64,000 bases of DNA from an uncultured Candidatus Rokubacteria bacterium (GCA_963789955.1 CAWBMV010000020.1:64001-128000); one strand, 5' to 3'; counted from the stretch's first letter, positions 31,065 to 42,358 are shown. Notes: generated from the letters alone by a model not told the origin. Numbers and translations: made by a program.

Positions 31065-33032
31065 TCACCTGGTACCTCCCGATGCGGTCAACGTCAGGCG
31101 TGCGACGGCACCGGGCTCGAGGGGATCGCCCGCGGCCGGCAACTGGCGAACGACACGCCCCTGGCCGGCAAGACGCACGTCGATACGGAACGGCTCGAGG
31201 GTTTCCAGCGCCTGACGCAAGGTCTTGCCGCCCAGGTCGGGCATGCGCCGTGTCCCGTCCGGCTCGCGCGCCTCCGCGGTGCTCACGAGCCGCATCCGCG
31301 CCGGGGCCAGGGGCTCGGCGGGCGGCCCGGTGACGATCTGCACCGGCTGGACGTCGCGCGGCGGCACCTCGAGATAGCGGAGGATCTCGCGGCCGATCGC
31401 GCTGAAGATCGGTGCCGCCGCCTCGCTCCCCCACTTCTCGTTGCGAGGCTCGTCGAGCGCCACCAGCATGACGAAGCGCGGCTCGTCGGCGGGCGCGAAT
31501 CCGACGAAGGACAGGACGCCCGGCGCGTGAGAATAGCGCTTGGTCGACGGGTCGAGCTTCTGCGCCGTGCCGGTCTTGCCGGCGACGGCGTAGCCGGGGA
31601 TGGCCGCGAAATGCCCGGTGCCCGACTCGACCACGCCCGTCATCAGATTCGTGAGCGTCCGCGCGGTGGTCGGCGAGATGACTTGCCGCAGCGCCTTGGC
31701 TTCGAAGCGCCGTGTCTCCTGGCCGTCGGCGTCGAAGGTGGAGCGGACGAGGCGCGGCTGCATCAGGGTGCCGCCGTTCGCGATGGCGCCGAACGCCGTC
31801 ACCAGCTGGAGCGCCGTCACCGAGATTTCCTGGCCGATCGACATCGTCGGCAGCGACAGGAGCGACCAGCGCTGCGGCTCGCGCAGGAGCCCGCGGCTCT
31901 CGCCGGCGAGGCCGACGCCGGTCGGCGCGCCGAAGCCGAACGCCTTCATGTAGCGGTAGTAGCGATCGCGGCCGAGCGACATGCCGACCTTGATCGAGCC
32001 GACGTTGGACGAGTTCTGCAGCACCTCGGCGAAGGTGAGCCAGCCGTACTTCTTCCAGTCGCGGATCGTCGTCCCCGCCAACGTGATCGCGCCGTTCTCG
32101 GCGTAGATGCGGTCGTCGGGCCGGACGACGCCTTCCTCCAGCGCCGCCGCGGCCATGATCACCTTGAACGTCGAGCCCGGCTCGAAGGGATCGGTCACGG
32201 CCCGATTGCGCCAGGCGTCCGACGACGGCACGTCCAGGAACGCGTTCGGATTGAACGTCGGCCGCATCGCCATCGCGAGGACGTCGCCGGTGCGCGGATC
32301 CAGGACCACCGCCATCGCGGCCTTCGAGTGGGTCCGCCGATAGGCCGCGTCGATCTCGCGCTCGGCGATGTACTGGATGGTCTTGTCGATCGTCAGCATC
32401 ACGCCGTGCCCGGGCTGGGGCTGCTGGAGCACGTGGGGCGCCGCCACCTCGCGGCCGAGCGCGTCGCGGCCGACGATCGCCTTGCCCGGCTGGCCGGCCA
32501 GATCGGCGTTGAACGCGCGCTCGACCCCCTCGAGCCCGCCCTCGCCGCCCTCGAAGCCGAGCACGTGCGCGCCCAGCTCCCGGTTGGGATAGAGGCGAAG
32601 CGGCTCCGGGAGGAAGCCGAGCCCCGGCTCGCGCAACGCCCTCACCTGCTCGGCCATGGTGGGCGGCAGCTTCCGGCGCAGCCACACGAACGAGCGGGCG
32701 CTGGTCAGCGCGGCGTGCACTTCCGACTGTGGCTGGCCGAGGATCGGCGCCAGGCGCGTGGCGACGCGAACCGGGTCGCCGACGCTACGCGGCTGAACGA
32801 AGAGCGACTCGGTCGCGGTCGATGTCGCGAGGGCTCCGCCCTGACGGTCGACGATCGGGCCACGCTGCGCGTAGAGAATGACCGTGCGGGAGTACTGACG
32901 CTCGGCGAGCTGGTTGAGCTCACCGTGCTTGACCACCATCAGCCAGCCGAGGCGACCGACGAGGCCGCCGAACGCGAGGGCGAGGATCGCCGCCAGCATG
33001 AGGACGCGCGTCCGGACGGCCGCATCCTTCAC
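31065..33032 (-). CDS. ftsI: Penicillin-binding protein 3/FtsI with C-terminal PASTA domain
   Basis: RGPIVDR, STFK (SxxK), SSN (SxN), KTG; PASTA MPDLGGKTLRQA. Confidence 0.95.
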   Translation of the reverse strand: MKDAAVRTRVLMLAAILALAFGGLVGRLGWLMVVKHGELNQLAERQYSRTVILYAQRGPIVDRQGGALATSTATESLFVQPRSVGDPVRVATRLAPILGQPQSEVHAALTSARSFVWLRRKLPPTMAEQVRALREPGLGFLPEPLRLYPNRELGAHVLGFEGGEGGLEGVERAFNADLAGQPGKAIVGRDALGREVAAPHVLQQPQPGHGVMLTIDKTIQYIAEREIDAAYRRTHSKAAMAVVLDPRTGDVLAMAMRPTFNPNAFLDVPSSDAWRNRAVTDPFEPGSTFKVIMAAAALEEGVVRPDDRIYAENGAITLAGTTIRDWKKYGWLTFAEVLQNSSNVGSIKVGMSLGRDRYYRYMKAFGFGAPTGVGLAGESRGLLREPQRWSLLSLPTMSIGQEISVTALQLVTAFGAIANGGTLMQPRLVRSTFDADGQETRRFEAKALRQVISPTTARTLTNLMTGVVESGTGHFAAIPGYAVAGKTGTAQKLDPSTKRYSHAPGVLSFVGFAPADEPRFVMLVALDEPRNEKWGSEAAAPIFSAIGREILRYLEVPPRDVQPVQIVTGPPAEPLAPARMRLVSTAEAREPDGTRRMPDLGGKTLRQALETLEPFRIDVRLAGQGRVVRQLPAAGDPLEPGAVARLTLTASGGTR

Positions 33033-33418
33033 TGAGCCGGCGGCCTCGCGCCGCGGAGCGACGCCGCCCGGGTCGTGTCGGCCGCCAGGCCGGTGCCACC
33101 GGCCACGTACTCCTTCGCCAGCCTGATCTGATCCCGTCCCGCCGCGACCAGGCCGATCTGCCGGGCACGCGCCTCGATGCGGCTCGGCGAGCGCAAGGTC
33201 GCCACCTCGATCTCGAGCTGCCGGATCCGATCCTCGGCGCGCCCGCGCTCGGTCTTGATGGCGTCGAGCCGATAGGCGATGTGCACCTGCTCGACCCTGA
33301 TGCCGACCACGGTGAGGGCGCCGGCCACGAGCAGCGCCGAGGTGGCGAACGCCACCACGAGCGAGCGCCGCACCCGGGGATCCTGTTCGCGATGAAGCCG
33401 CTGGTCCTTCTTCTTCAT
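33029..33418 (-). CDS. ftsL: Cell division protein FtsL
   Basis: TM helix + coiled coil + LRSPSRIEARARQIGL, between rsmH and ftsI. Confidence 0.85.
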   Translation of the reverse strand: MKKKDQRLHREQDPRVRRSLVVAFATSALLVAGALTVVGIRVEQVHIAYRLDAIKTERGRAEDRIRQLEIEVATLRSPSRIEARARQIGLVAAGRDQIRLAKEYVAGGTGLAADTTRAASLRGARPPAQ

Positions 33419-34293
33419 GGGAGCCGCTCCAGCACGCGCAGCTTCGCGCTCCTGGCGCGGGGATTCGCCCGCACCTCGTCGTCGCTGGGCTGACGCGGCG
33501 ACGGCTCGAGCTCGGCGAATCCCGCCGGCTCCAGAGCCCGGAACGTCTGCTTCACGATGCGATCTTCGCCCGAATGAAACGAGATGACGCCCAGACGGCC
33601 GCCGGCCGTCAGGAGAGCGGGCGCCTGCGCCAGCGCGTTTCGGAGCGCGCCGGGCTCGTCGTTGACCGCCATGCGGATCGCCTGGAAGGTCCGCGTGGCG
33701 ACGTGCAAGCGGCGCGGCCACGCCGCGCGAGGTACCGCGCCGCGGACCGCCGCCACGAGGTCGCCCGTCCGCGCCAGGGGGCGGCGGCGGACGATGGCCC
33801 GCGCGATCCGCCGCGCGTGCGGCTCCTCGCCGTACTCGAAGATGATTCGCGCCAGCTCCGCCTCGGGGACGTGGTTCAGGAGCTTGCCCGCCGGCTCGCC
33901 GCTCGAGGGATCCAGCCGCATGTCGAGCGGCTCGTCCCCCTGGAACGAGAACCCGCGCCCCGACTGCTCGAGCTGCCACGACGACACGCCCAGATCCATG
34001 AGAATCGAGCGCGCGCGGTCGACGCCGCGCTCGGCGGCGGCCTCGGCGAGACGGCCGAAGCTCGAGTGAGCGAGGGCGACGCGGTCGCCGAACGGCGTCA
34101 GGCGTTCGCGCGCCTGCGCGAGCGCCGCGGCGTCCGTGTCGAGGCCGAGCAGGCGCACGGAGCTGGCGCTGGCGCTCAAGATCGCCTCGGCGTGACCACC
34201 CATACCCACCGTCGCATCGATCACCCACCCCTCGTCGCGCGGTCGCAAGAAGAACACGACCTCGTCGACGAGCACCGGAACGTGAACCGCTAC
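33415..34293 (-). CDS. rsmH: 16S rRNA m4C1402 methyltransferase (start codon unclear)
   Basis: HVPVL, DATVGMGGH, DLGVSS, PLDMR, FQAIR, SFHSGED, NPRARSAKLR. Confidence 0.95.
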   Translation of the reverse strand, partial: VAVHVPVLVDEVVFFLRPRDEGWVIDATVGMGGHAEAILSASASSVRLLGLDTDAAALAQARERLTPFGDRVALAHSSFGRLAEAAAERGVDRARSILMDLGVSSWQLEQSGRGFSFQGDEPLDMRLDPSSGEPAGKLLNHVPEAELARIIFEYGEEPHARRIARAIVRRRPLARTGDLVAAVRGAVPRAAWPRRLHVATRTFQAIRMAVNDEPGALRNALAQAPALLTAGGRLGVISFHSGEDRIVKQTFRALEPAGFAELEPSPRQPSDDEVRANPRARSAKLRVLERLP

Positions 34294-34733
34294 ACTCCCA
34301 GGCCCGATAGCCTTTCGAACAACGTCGGCAGCCGCTCGGCGCGTGTGCGCTCGTACTCGTCGAACCGGCTGCGATCCCACACCTCGAACTGGGGAAGCCC
34401 GCCGCCCACGAGCGTGACTTCCTTCTTCGAGAGTCCCGCCTGCTCGCGCACGTCCGGCGGGATGAGCACGCGCCCTGCCGCGTCGAGCGTCGCGTCCTTC
34501 GCGCGCGAGATGTAGAGCCGGCCCAGCTCACGCACCTCGGGATTGAAGATCGACTGCTCGCGCAACTTCGTCTCGATGCGCTGCCACTCCTCCAACGGAT
34601 GCACCTCGAGGCAGTAATCATTCGGGACGACGACCAGCGCGCCGTCGTACTGCGCGAGCGTGTCCCGGAATTTCGCCGGCACGCTCAGGCGCCCTTTCGG
34701 ATCGATCGTGTGCTGGTACCGTCCTCTAAACAT
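34290..34733 (-). CDS. mraZ: Transcriptional regulator MraZ
   Basis: Two DxKGR/DxxGR repeats (IDPKGRLSVP, LDAAGRVLIP). Confidence 0.96.
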   Translation of the reverse strand: MFRGRYQHTIDPKGRLSVPAKFRDTLAQYDGALVVVPNDYCLEVHPLEEWQRIETKLREQSIFNPEVRELGRLYISRAKDATLDAAGRVLIPPDVREQAGLSKKEVTLVGGGLPQFEVWDRSRFDEYERTRAERLPTLFERLSGLGV

Positions 34734-34768
34734 ATCCGGATTTCGCCGATCCCTGTCTAAGCCTTCAT

Positions 34769-34783
34769 CCCACTTTGCCCCAC
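34769..34783 (-). promoter_or_regulatory. MraZ-binding direct repeats (GTGGG x2, 10-nt period)
   Basis: Minus strand AAGTGGGGCAAAGTGGGATG, between the promoter and the mraZ start. Confidence 0.7.
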
Positions 34784-34793
34784 TTGAAATGCG

Positions 34794-34823
34794 AGATTAG
34801 CTGTTAGCCCAAACCCCTGTCAA
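34794..34823 (-). promoter_or_regulatory. Sigma70-type dcw promoter
   Basis: TTGACA-N18-TAATCT on the minus strand in an AT-richer patch. Confidence 0.65.
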
Positions 34824-35090
34824 GGGTAAAAGAGACGATTTTGAGCGTAATTAGCCTCCGGTGACCCCTGACGACCGGTGGTGTCAGCTGACCCACTTTT
34901 ACCCCGGGAATGGTGGGTAGGCCGGGATCGGGTCTCGGCGAGCCCCGGATCGCCGGGAAACTGGAGGGGTTCAGCTACCCGGCGGGCCCTGGACGTGGGC
35001 CGGGTGGACGGGCCGGCGGGCCGGGAACAGATCGGATCCGGCACGAGCGCGCCGAATCTCGCGAGGCGCGCTCGCGGAGCAAGCGCTGGA

Positions 35091-35618
35091 TCAGCGATTG
35101 CGCAATCGCACCCGCGTCGAGAATGTCGTCGCGACCGAGCGATCGGCAAGATCCCACGCGGCCTCGGTCACGAGCGTGATCACGACGGTCCGCACGTCGT
35201 CGGCAACCGCGACGGTGTTGCCCGCTGCGTCGAGGTACTCGAGCGTGAATCGCCTGACGCCGTCGATGACCGGCTGAGCGCCGCCGCCGGCGTCACGACG
35301 TAAGGTCGCCCCGACCAATCGCCAGGCGATCGTCTCGCCGGAGCCGGCGATGACGCCGTTTCCGTCGAGGTCGTGATGCAGCACGATGTGCGTCGGCTCG
35401 GCCACGGCGATCGCGGCAAATGCCGCGGGACTCGGCCCGAGCCCCGCCGTCCGGATCTCCCCTGCAAGACGCTCGACGGCGACGCGCGCGCTTTGCTGAG
35501 ATTCGGCGCGAGCGGCGCCGACCATGTAGACCCGGAGTCCTTCCTGGAGCACGGTGAACATGCCCGCCGAGGCGACTCCGAAGACGGCCACGGCGACGAG
35601 GAGATCGGCGAGGTGCAC
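35091..35618 (-). CDS. Type IV pilin-like (PilW/PulJ-like) protein
   Basis: N-terminal hydrophobic helix LADLLVAVAVFGV, QQSARVAVERLAGEIRTAG, C-terminal VRLRN. The prepilin motif is degenerate. Confidence 0.6.
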   Translation of the reverse strand: MHLADLLVAVAVFGVASAGMFTVLQEGLRVYMVGAARAESQQSARVAVERLAGEIRTAGLGPSPAAFAAIAVAEPTHIVLHHDLDGNGVIAGSGETIAWRLVGATLRRDAGGGAQPVIDGVRRFTLEYLDAAGNTVAVADDVRTVVITLVTEAAWDLADRSVATTFSTRVRLRNR

Positions 35619-35721
35619 GAAGCCAAGGTCGCCGTGGCCGAGCGCCTGGTCAATGCCCGAAAACGCAGACAGCTGCGGGTTACAAACCTCGCGACTTCGG
35701 CGTCAGCCGCGAAGTAGGCGC

Positions 35722-35955
35722 CTACGGCAGCCGAACCACCGTCCAGCCGCGCGTGAGCATCTCGGAATCCTCGAGCGGTCGAGCACGGCGCCCATACCGA
35801 CGGCGCTCGGTCGCCGGCGGAACCTCGTGGCGGCGACGCTTCACGACGCGGCGGTCGAGGATCACCTCGACGTCTCGTTCCTGCCCCAGCACCACGCGAA
35901 GCGATTCGTAGAGCTCTCGCCGGCTCTGCGACACGATGAAGAGGAGCCGCTCCAT
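35722..35955 (-). CDS. Small Arg-rich protein, 'FIV...ILDRR' family, copy 2
   Basis: MERLLFIVSQSRRELYESL...VEVILDRRVVKRR...ERR...MLTRGWTVVRL. Confidence 0.75.
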   Translation of the reverse strand: MERLLFIVSQSRRELYESLRVVLGQERDVEVILDRRVVKRRRHEVPPATERRRYGRRARPLEDSEMLTRGWTVVRLP

Positions 35956-35959
35956 CGCC

Positions 35960-37372
35960 CTACTCCAGCACGGGACGGTGCTGGGCCCATGGACGCGCGC
36001 GCTCGAACGCCGCCGAGGCGCGCAGCACGGTCGAGTCGTCGAAGCGACGGCCGACGATCTGCAGCCCGATCGGCAGACCGTCCTTCGTGAATCCGCACGG
36101 CACCGACGCGGCCGGCTGGCCCGTCACGTTGAACGGATACGTGAACGGGATCCACGCGTAGGCCTCGACCGGCTTCCCCGCGATCTCGGTCGGGTTGTCG
36201 AGCCCCACCTTGAACGGCGGACACGCGATCGTGGGCGTCAGCAGGAGATCGTACTTCTCGAAGAACGCGCGCGGGTGCTGCCACCAGGCGAGACGGTCGA
36301 ACCACGCCTGCACGTATTTCGACGGCGGATTCTTGAGCGTCGTCTCGATGATCCGCAGGAGCCCGGGCTCGATGTCGCTCGGCCGATCGACGTACGACGC
36401 CATGCGCGTCGCGATGCCGCCGCAGAAGATCTCGCCCCACGCCTCGCGCGGCGAGGGCCAGCCCGGCTTGACCTCGTCGACCTTGCAGCCGAGCTCGCGA
36501 AACGCGCGCGCCGCCTTGGCGCACGACGCGCGCACCTCCGGGTCGACCGCCTCCACGAAGCCGAGGTCGTCCGTGTACGCGACGCGCAGCCCCTTCACGC
36601 CGCCGCGCATCGATTTCAGATAGTCCTCGCCCGCGGCGGGCAACGAGTACTGATCGCGCTCGTCGGGGCCGGCGCACACGGTGAGCATCAGCGCGGCGTC
36701 GGCGACGGTGCGCGTCAGCGGGCCGATGTGCGAGAGGCTCCACGCGCCGCTGGCCGGATGCGTCGGGATGCGGCCGTACGACGGCTTGTGGCCGAAGATC
36801 CCGGCGCACGACGCGGGGATGCGGATCGAGCCGCCGCCGTCGGTGCCGATGTGAAGCGGTCCGAGACCGGCCGCCGCGGCCGCCGAGGCGCCGCCGCTCG
36901 AGCCGCCCGGCGTCCGCTCGAGATTCCACGGATTGCGCGTGATCCCGAAGACGAGGTTGTGCGTGGCGCCGATCCAGCCGAAGGTCGGCGTGTTGGTCTT
37001 GCCGAGCATGATCCCGCCGGCGGCCTTCATGCGCTCGACCATCGGCGCGTCCTCGGCCGGGACGTTGTCGCGATAGAACGGCGTGCCGAACGTCGTCCGC
37101 ACGCCCTTCGTGTTCACGAGGTCCTTCACCGAGAACGGCACGCCGTGCAGCGGCCCCAGCCGTGCGCTCCGCTTGCCGACCGCGCGCTCGGCGGCCTTCG
37201 CCTCGCGGCGCGCGGCGTCGTCGGTCAGGGTCACGAACGCGTTGAGCCGAGGATTGATCTTCTCGATGCGGTCCAGCACCGCATCGACCACCTCGACCGG
37301 TGACACCTTCTTCTTCTGGATCAGCGCCGCCAGCTCGGTCGCCGGCAGCCACGCGAGCCTCGTGTCAGCCAT
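35960..37372 (-). CDS. Amidase signature family protein
   Basis: GVPFSVKD, GGSSGG, GTDGGGSIRIPAS (Ser-cisSer-Lys triad). Confidence 0.93.
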   Translation of the reverse strand: MADTRLAWLPATELAALIQKKKVSPVEVVDAVLDRIEKINPRLNAFVTLTDDAARREAKAAERAVGKRSARLGPLHGVPFSVKDLVNTKGVRTTFGTPFYRDNVPAEDAPMVERMKAAGGIMLGKTNTPTFGWIGATHNLVFGITRNPWNLERTPGGSSGGASAAAAAGLGPLHIGTDGGGSIRIPASCAGIFGHKPSYGRIPTHPASGAWSLSHIGPLTRTVADAALMLTVCAGPDERDQYSLPAAGEDYLKSMRGGVKGLRVAYTDDLGFVEAVDPEVRASCAKAARAFRELGCKVDEVKPGWPSPREAWGEIFCGGIATRMASYVDRPSDIEPGLLRIIETTLKNPPSKYVQAWFDRLAWWQHPRAFFEKYDLLLTPTIACPPFKVGLDNPTEIAGKPVEAYAWIPFTYPFNVTGQPAASVPCGFTKDGLPIGLQIVGRRFDDSTVLRASAAFERARPWAQHRPVLE

Positions 37373-37422
37373 CTGCGCGTCTCCTTGGGTTGCGGTCGCG
37401 GGTCGTCATCGAGCGGATCGCG

Positions 37423-38319
37423 TCAGCTTCCGCGGAGCCGAGGATCGAGTGTGTCGCGCAGCGCGTCGCCGAGCAGGTTCGAGGCGAACACGGCGAGGCT
37501 GATCGCGATACCCGGGAAGAGCACGAGGTGCGGCGCCTTCTGGGCGTACTCGGCGGCGGAGACCGACAGCATGCGGCCCCACGACGGGTACGGCTCGGGC
37601 ACCCCGAGCCCGAGGTAGGACAAGGTCGCCTCGACGAGGATCGCGCTCCCGAGCTGCGCCGTGCACAGCACGATGAACGGACCGATCGTGTTGGGCAGGA
37701 TGTGGCGGAACGCGATACGCAGGTGCTGAACGCCCAGCGAGCGCGCCGCCTCGATGTACTGCATCTCGCGGATCGAGAGCACGCTCGAGCGGATCACGCG
37801 CGCCGCCCGCGGGATGATCGGGATCGAGATCGCGATCACCACGTTCTGCACCGAGGGACCGAGGGCGGCCGACATCACGAGCGCGAGCACGAGCAGCGGC
37901 AGCCCCTGCAAGATGTCCAGGATCCGCTGGGTCACCAGGTCGATCTTGCCGCCGGCGTAGCCGGACAGGAGCCCGATGATGCCGCCGAGGACCGAGCCCA
38001 GGAGCGTGGAGGCGACCCCGACTACCAGCGAGACGCGCGCGCCGTGAACGATCCGCGAGTAGATGTCGCGCCCCAGATGGTCGGTGCCCAGCCAGTGCTC
38101 GACATTCGGCGCGCCGAGCGTGTAGGCCGCGTTGGTGGCGATCGGATCGTGGGTCTGCAGCACGTCGGCGAAGACGGCCGTGATCAGCATCAGCAGCATC
38201 AGCGCGCCGCCGGCGGCGCCGAGCGGCTTCTTGCGGACGAATCGCGCGACCACGGCCCAGGCCCCGGACCGCGGGCGCACGCCAGCCGGTACGGCGATCG
38301 CGGCCGGCCTAACCGCCAT
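37423..38319 (-). CDS. Peptide/nickel ABC transporter permease (DppC/OppC-like)
   Basis: HWLGTDHLGRD, EAA loop YIEAARSLG, EATLSYLGLG. Confidence 0.92.
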   Translation of the reverse strand: MAVRPAAIAVPAGVRPRSGAWAVVARFVRKKPLGAAGGALMLLMLITAVFADVLQTHDPIATNAAYTLGAPNVEHWLGTDHLGRDIYSRIVHGARVSLVVGVASTLLGSVLGGIIGLLSGYAGGKIDLVTQRILDILQGLPLLVLALVMSAALGPSVQNVVIAISIPIIPRAARVIRSSVLSIREMQYIEAARSLGVQHLRIAFRHILPNTIGPFIVLCTAQLGSAILVEATLSYLGLGVPEPYPSWGRMLSVSAAEYAQKAPHLVLFPGIAISLAVFASNLLGDALRDTLDPRLRGS

Positions 38320-39263
38320 AGCGGACTCGCGGGTCGAGGACGCCGTACAGCATGTCCACGAAGAGGTTCGAGAGGATCACGACGATCGCGATGAACATGA
38401 CGAGGTTCTGTACCACCGGATAGTCCCGCCACAGGATCGCCTGCACCAGGAACCGCGCGACGCCGGGCAGATTGAACACGGTCTCGGTGACCACGAGCCC
38501 GCCGATGAGAAACGCGAACTCGATCCCGATCACGGTGACGACCGGCAGCAGCGCGTTCTTGAGGGCGTGGCGCCAGATGACGATGCGCCCGGTCTGTCCC
38601 TTCGCCCACGCGGTCCGGATGTAGTCCTCGCGCATCACCTCGAGCAGCGACGAGCGCGTGATGCGCATGATGAGCGCCGACGAGCGATAGCCGACGGCGA
38701 GAGCCGGCAACAGGAACTGGATCGCGTGCAGCTTCAGATCCTTCGCGGGTGACACGTAGGTGATCGGCGGGATCCAGGCGAACCAGGAGACGAGAGTCAG
38801 GATGATCACCATGCCCAGCCAGAACGCCGGCATCGAAAGCCCGGCGAGGCTGAACACGCGCAGCGCATAGTCGAGCGTCGTGTCCTGCCGCACGGCGCTG
38901 ATGACACCCGTCGGCACGCCGATGAGCACGGCAAAGACCATCGACAGCGCCGCCAGCTCGAGTGTCACCGGCACGCAGCGGCCGGATGACCTCCCAGGCG
39001 GGCAGGTCATACCGGTAGGACTTGCCGAGGTCGCCGGTCACGATCTGATGGAGCCAGTCGAGGTACTGGACCACGTACGGCCGGTCCATCCCGAGCTCCT
39101 TCAGGATCGCCTGCTTCTCGGACGGGCTGACGTAGCCGGCGGTCGAAAAGAGAATGTCGACGATGTCGCCCGGCGCCAGGCGCAGCAGGACGAAGATCAC
39201 CACCGACATCCCCAGCAACGTCAAGAGCGCGATCGCGAGACGCTGGGCGACGTAGGTTTTCAC
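38309..39263 (-). CDS. Peptide/nickel ABC transporter permease (DppB/OppB-like), frameshift ~38975
   Basis: APGD, GDLGKS, DYIRTAWAKG, HALKNA, LDPRVR. Confidence 0.9.
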
Positions 39264-39345
39264 GCGCGGCCGTGCGCGCCGCCGGCCGGCGCCGGGCTCG
39301 AGCCCCGCCGGCCGCGGCGCACCATATCGTGAATGGCCGCCCGGT

Positions 39346-40961
39346 CTACTTGTCGCTCCACACGTCCTGCATCCGGGCGAAGTTGTAGATGTTGTGATGC
39401 GGGACCAGGTTCTTCACGTACGGCCACATCGTGAAGTAGTCGATCCGATGGTCCAGCACGGGCCGGGCCGCGTCCTCCTCGAGCTTCTTCTGAATCGTGA
39501 CCACGATGCCCAGCCGCCGCTTGACGTCGAGCTCCTGCGACTGCTGGTCGATCATCTTCATGACGTGCTCGTTGCAGTAGAAGCTGTAGTTGCGCGGCGA
39601 GCCGCACGCGAAGTTCTCGTACAGGTTGGCGTCGGGATCGTCCACGCCGAGGCCCGTCAGATTCGCGCCGATCTGATAGTCGCCCGCGCGTGGCCATCGC
39701 GTGCCACTGGGCGGTCTCGATCTGCTTGAGCGTCGCGTCGATCCCCACCTGCTTGAGCTCGTTGATGACGAACGAGGCCATGTCGACGTACACGGCGATC
39801 GCGCGCGTGACCATCTCGACGCGGAGCGGATGCTGCGGTGTCACGCCCGACTCGGCCAGGAGCTTGCGCGCCCTGATCCTTCATCTCGGACGGCTTGCCG
39901 TAGCCGGGCAAGCTCAGGCAGATCCTTTTCGGGCATCCCCCAGACGCCGTAGGGCCGGGCGCCATCGCCGCGCCGGGAACGGCGGCGCCCTGGTGGACCG
40001 CCTGGATCAGCCCGCGCCGGTCGATGGCGTAGCTCACCGCGAGCCGGATCTTCGGGTTGTCGAAGGGCGGCTTCTTGCTGTTCATGATGATGTTGTCGGT
40101 CACCGCGGTGGCGACCGGCGTGACGACGAGCTGGGGCACCGCCTTCTTGAGCTGCTCGGACGCCGCCTTGGTCGTCTCGCCCGGAAACGCCACGTCGAGC
40201 TGGCCGGCTTGAAGCGCCGCGGTGCGCGTGCCCCGCTCGACGATCACCACGTAGTGGAGCGCGTCGAGGTACGGGCGGCCCTTGATGAAGTAGTCCGGGT
40301 TCTTCACGTAGTCGAGGTACTCACCCTTGCGCCACTCCTTGACCTTGAACGGCCCGGTGCCGACGCAGCTCGTCCGGTAATTCGCGGGCGGAATGTGGGC
40401 CGCGTAGATCGGCGTGTAGCCCGACGCGAGCATCGACAGGAGTGACGGCTGCGGCCGCTTCAGCCGGAAGACGACGGTGTAGGCGTCCGGGGCTTCGATC
40501 GCCTCGACGTTGGCGTACCAGTCCTTCCGCGGATTGATCCGGAGCTTGGCCGGTGCGTCCGGCGCCTCACGCAGCATGTCGAAGGTGAACTTCACGTCCT
40601 TCGAGGTGAACGGCTTGCCGTCGTGCCACTTGACGTTCTTGCGAAGGAAGAAGACGAGATTCCGGTAATTGTCCTGCCACGACCACTTCTCGGCCAGGTC
40701 GCCGACGATGGTGTCGGTGCTCTCGATCGCCTTGGCTGGATCGAACTGCACCAGGTTGTTGAAGCAGGGCGCGGCCGGGAACACGGTCGAGATCGTCGAG
40801 CTCTCATGGATCGCGAAACCCTGCGAGAGATCCTCGCGCAGCATGATGTTCAGGTTTCCACCGGATTTCGGCGCCTGGCTCTGGGCCGGGGCGGCGAACG
40901 TGAGCGTCGCGACGATGAGGCCGAGGGCGGCGATATACGGCAAGGCGCGTGAGCGCGGCAT
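39346..40961 (-). CDS. ABC transporter substrate-binding protein, family 5 (frameshifted)
   Basis: Signal peptide, GDLAEKW, VKWHDGKPFTSKDVKFT, GTGPFK, PPFDNPKIRLA. Confidence 0.9.
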
Positions 40962-41046
40962 TGAGGCCTCCTTGGGATTCAGCGTGACGGAGTTTACGTG
41001 AAAACACCGGAGGCGACAAACCGGTTTCCGCCCGGTGCGGCGCATC

Positions 41047-42316
41047 TCAGAAGAGGCGCAGCGCCAGGTGAATCGCGTAGAGCAGCCCACCGGCCAGGCC
41101 GCCGACGACGGTGCCGTTGACGCGGATGTACTGAAGATCGTCCCCGGCGTGCTCTTCGATGAGTCGCACCGCGCCCTCGGGGCCGAGCGCCAGCACGCCG
41201 TTCTCGATGAACTCGGCGATCCGCTGGTGATGACGCTCGATGATCTCGAGCACCCGCGCCTTGCCCCAGCGGTCGAGCTGGAGGCGAAGTTCCTCGTCGG
41301 CGACCAGCGCCTGCCGGGCGCGCTCGAGCCGCTCGACGATCCAGACGCGCACCTCGGAGCGCGGCCGCTCGAGGTCGGCCAGAAGGGTCCGGTGGAGCGC
41401 CGCGGCGGTATCTTCGATGACCCGCGTCGCGATCGGCGTCGCGAGCAGCTCGCGCTTGGCGGCCTCCACGCGTTCGGCCAGGCGGCCGTCGGTGCGGAGG
41501 CGGCCGGGCAGCTCGTTCATCGCCTCCATCAGGCGCTGGCGGACCGGATGGTCGGGCTCCTGCGGCCACCTGGCGCAGCCCGGCCTGGAGCGCCGAGAGC
41601 ACGCGCTCGCGATCGATCAACCCGAGCATGCTGGCGACGCCGATCCAGAAGCGCGGATAGGCGCCCATCCGCTCGCGGTAGCGGGCCAGCAGATCGTCCA
41701 CCAGCTCCCCGACCGTCGCGCGGAACGCCGGCCGATCGAGCGCCTCCGCGAGCGAGCCGGCCAGCGCCGTGACGATCCGCTGATCCCAGTCGTGGCGACG
41801 CACCATCTGCAGAGCCCCGGCGAGCACCGGCGCCAGCGGCCGGTCGAGCAGCAGGTCGCGGAGCCTGGTGATGACGTCACTCGCGGCTTTCGGCGACATC
41901 TCGGCGGCGAGCCAGCGCGCGAGCTCCCGCGTGGCGACGTCGAGATCGCGTGACGTCAATCGCTCGGCGGCCCGCGCGATCAGGGCGGCGATGTCGACGC
42001 GGGCGATCTCCTGCGCGACATACTCCTTCGTCAGCACACGGCTGCCGACCATCGTCCCGACGCGCGCCGCCATCAGCTCCCAGTTGGCCGGAATCAGCGC
42101 GGTGTGCGGGATCGGCAGGCCGAGCGGGCGGCGAAAGATCGCCGTGACCGCGAACCAGTCGGCCAGCCCGCCGACGATCCCAGCCTCGGCGATTGCCAGT
42201 ATCCACCCGCCCCACCACGTGGCGCGCAGCGGAAAGAAGGCGACGGCCAGCGCCGCCGCCGCCAGCAGCACACCCAGCGCGAGTCGTCGCTGGCGCCGGG
42301 GCGCGCGTTCAGTCAC
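41047..42316 (-). CDS. DUF445 family protein (frameshift ~41565)
   Basis: EAGIVGGLADWFAVTAIFRRPLGLPIPHTALIP; C-terminal DLQYIRVNGTVVGGLAG. Confidence 0.9.
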
Positions 42317-42358
42317 GCTCGCTCACGGGAGGGCCTGCCCAGGGCGGCCGGCGGCCGA

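Noticed and set aside
3916..33035. Long antisense ORFs (e.g. 3916-5400, 7070-9064, 22611-24545, 27048-29147, 30858-33035)
   Set aside because: Shadow frames of well-supported genes in high-GC DNA, with no recognisable motifs.
34830..35090. RNase P RNA or other ncRNA upstream of mraZ
   Set aside because: No GAGGAAAGTCC or other rnpB hallmark on either strand, and no recognisable conserved structure.
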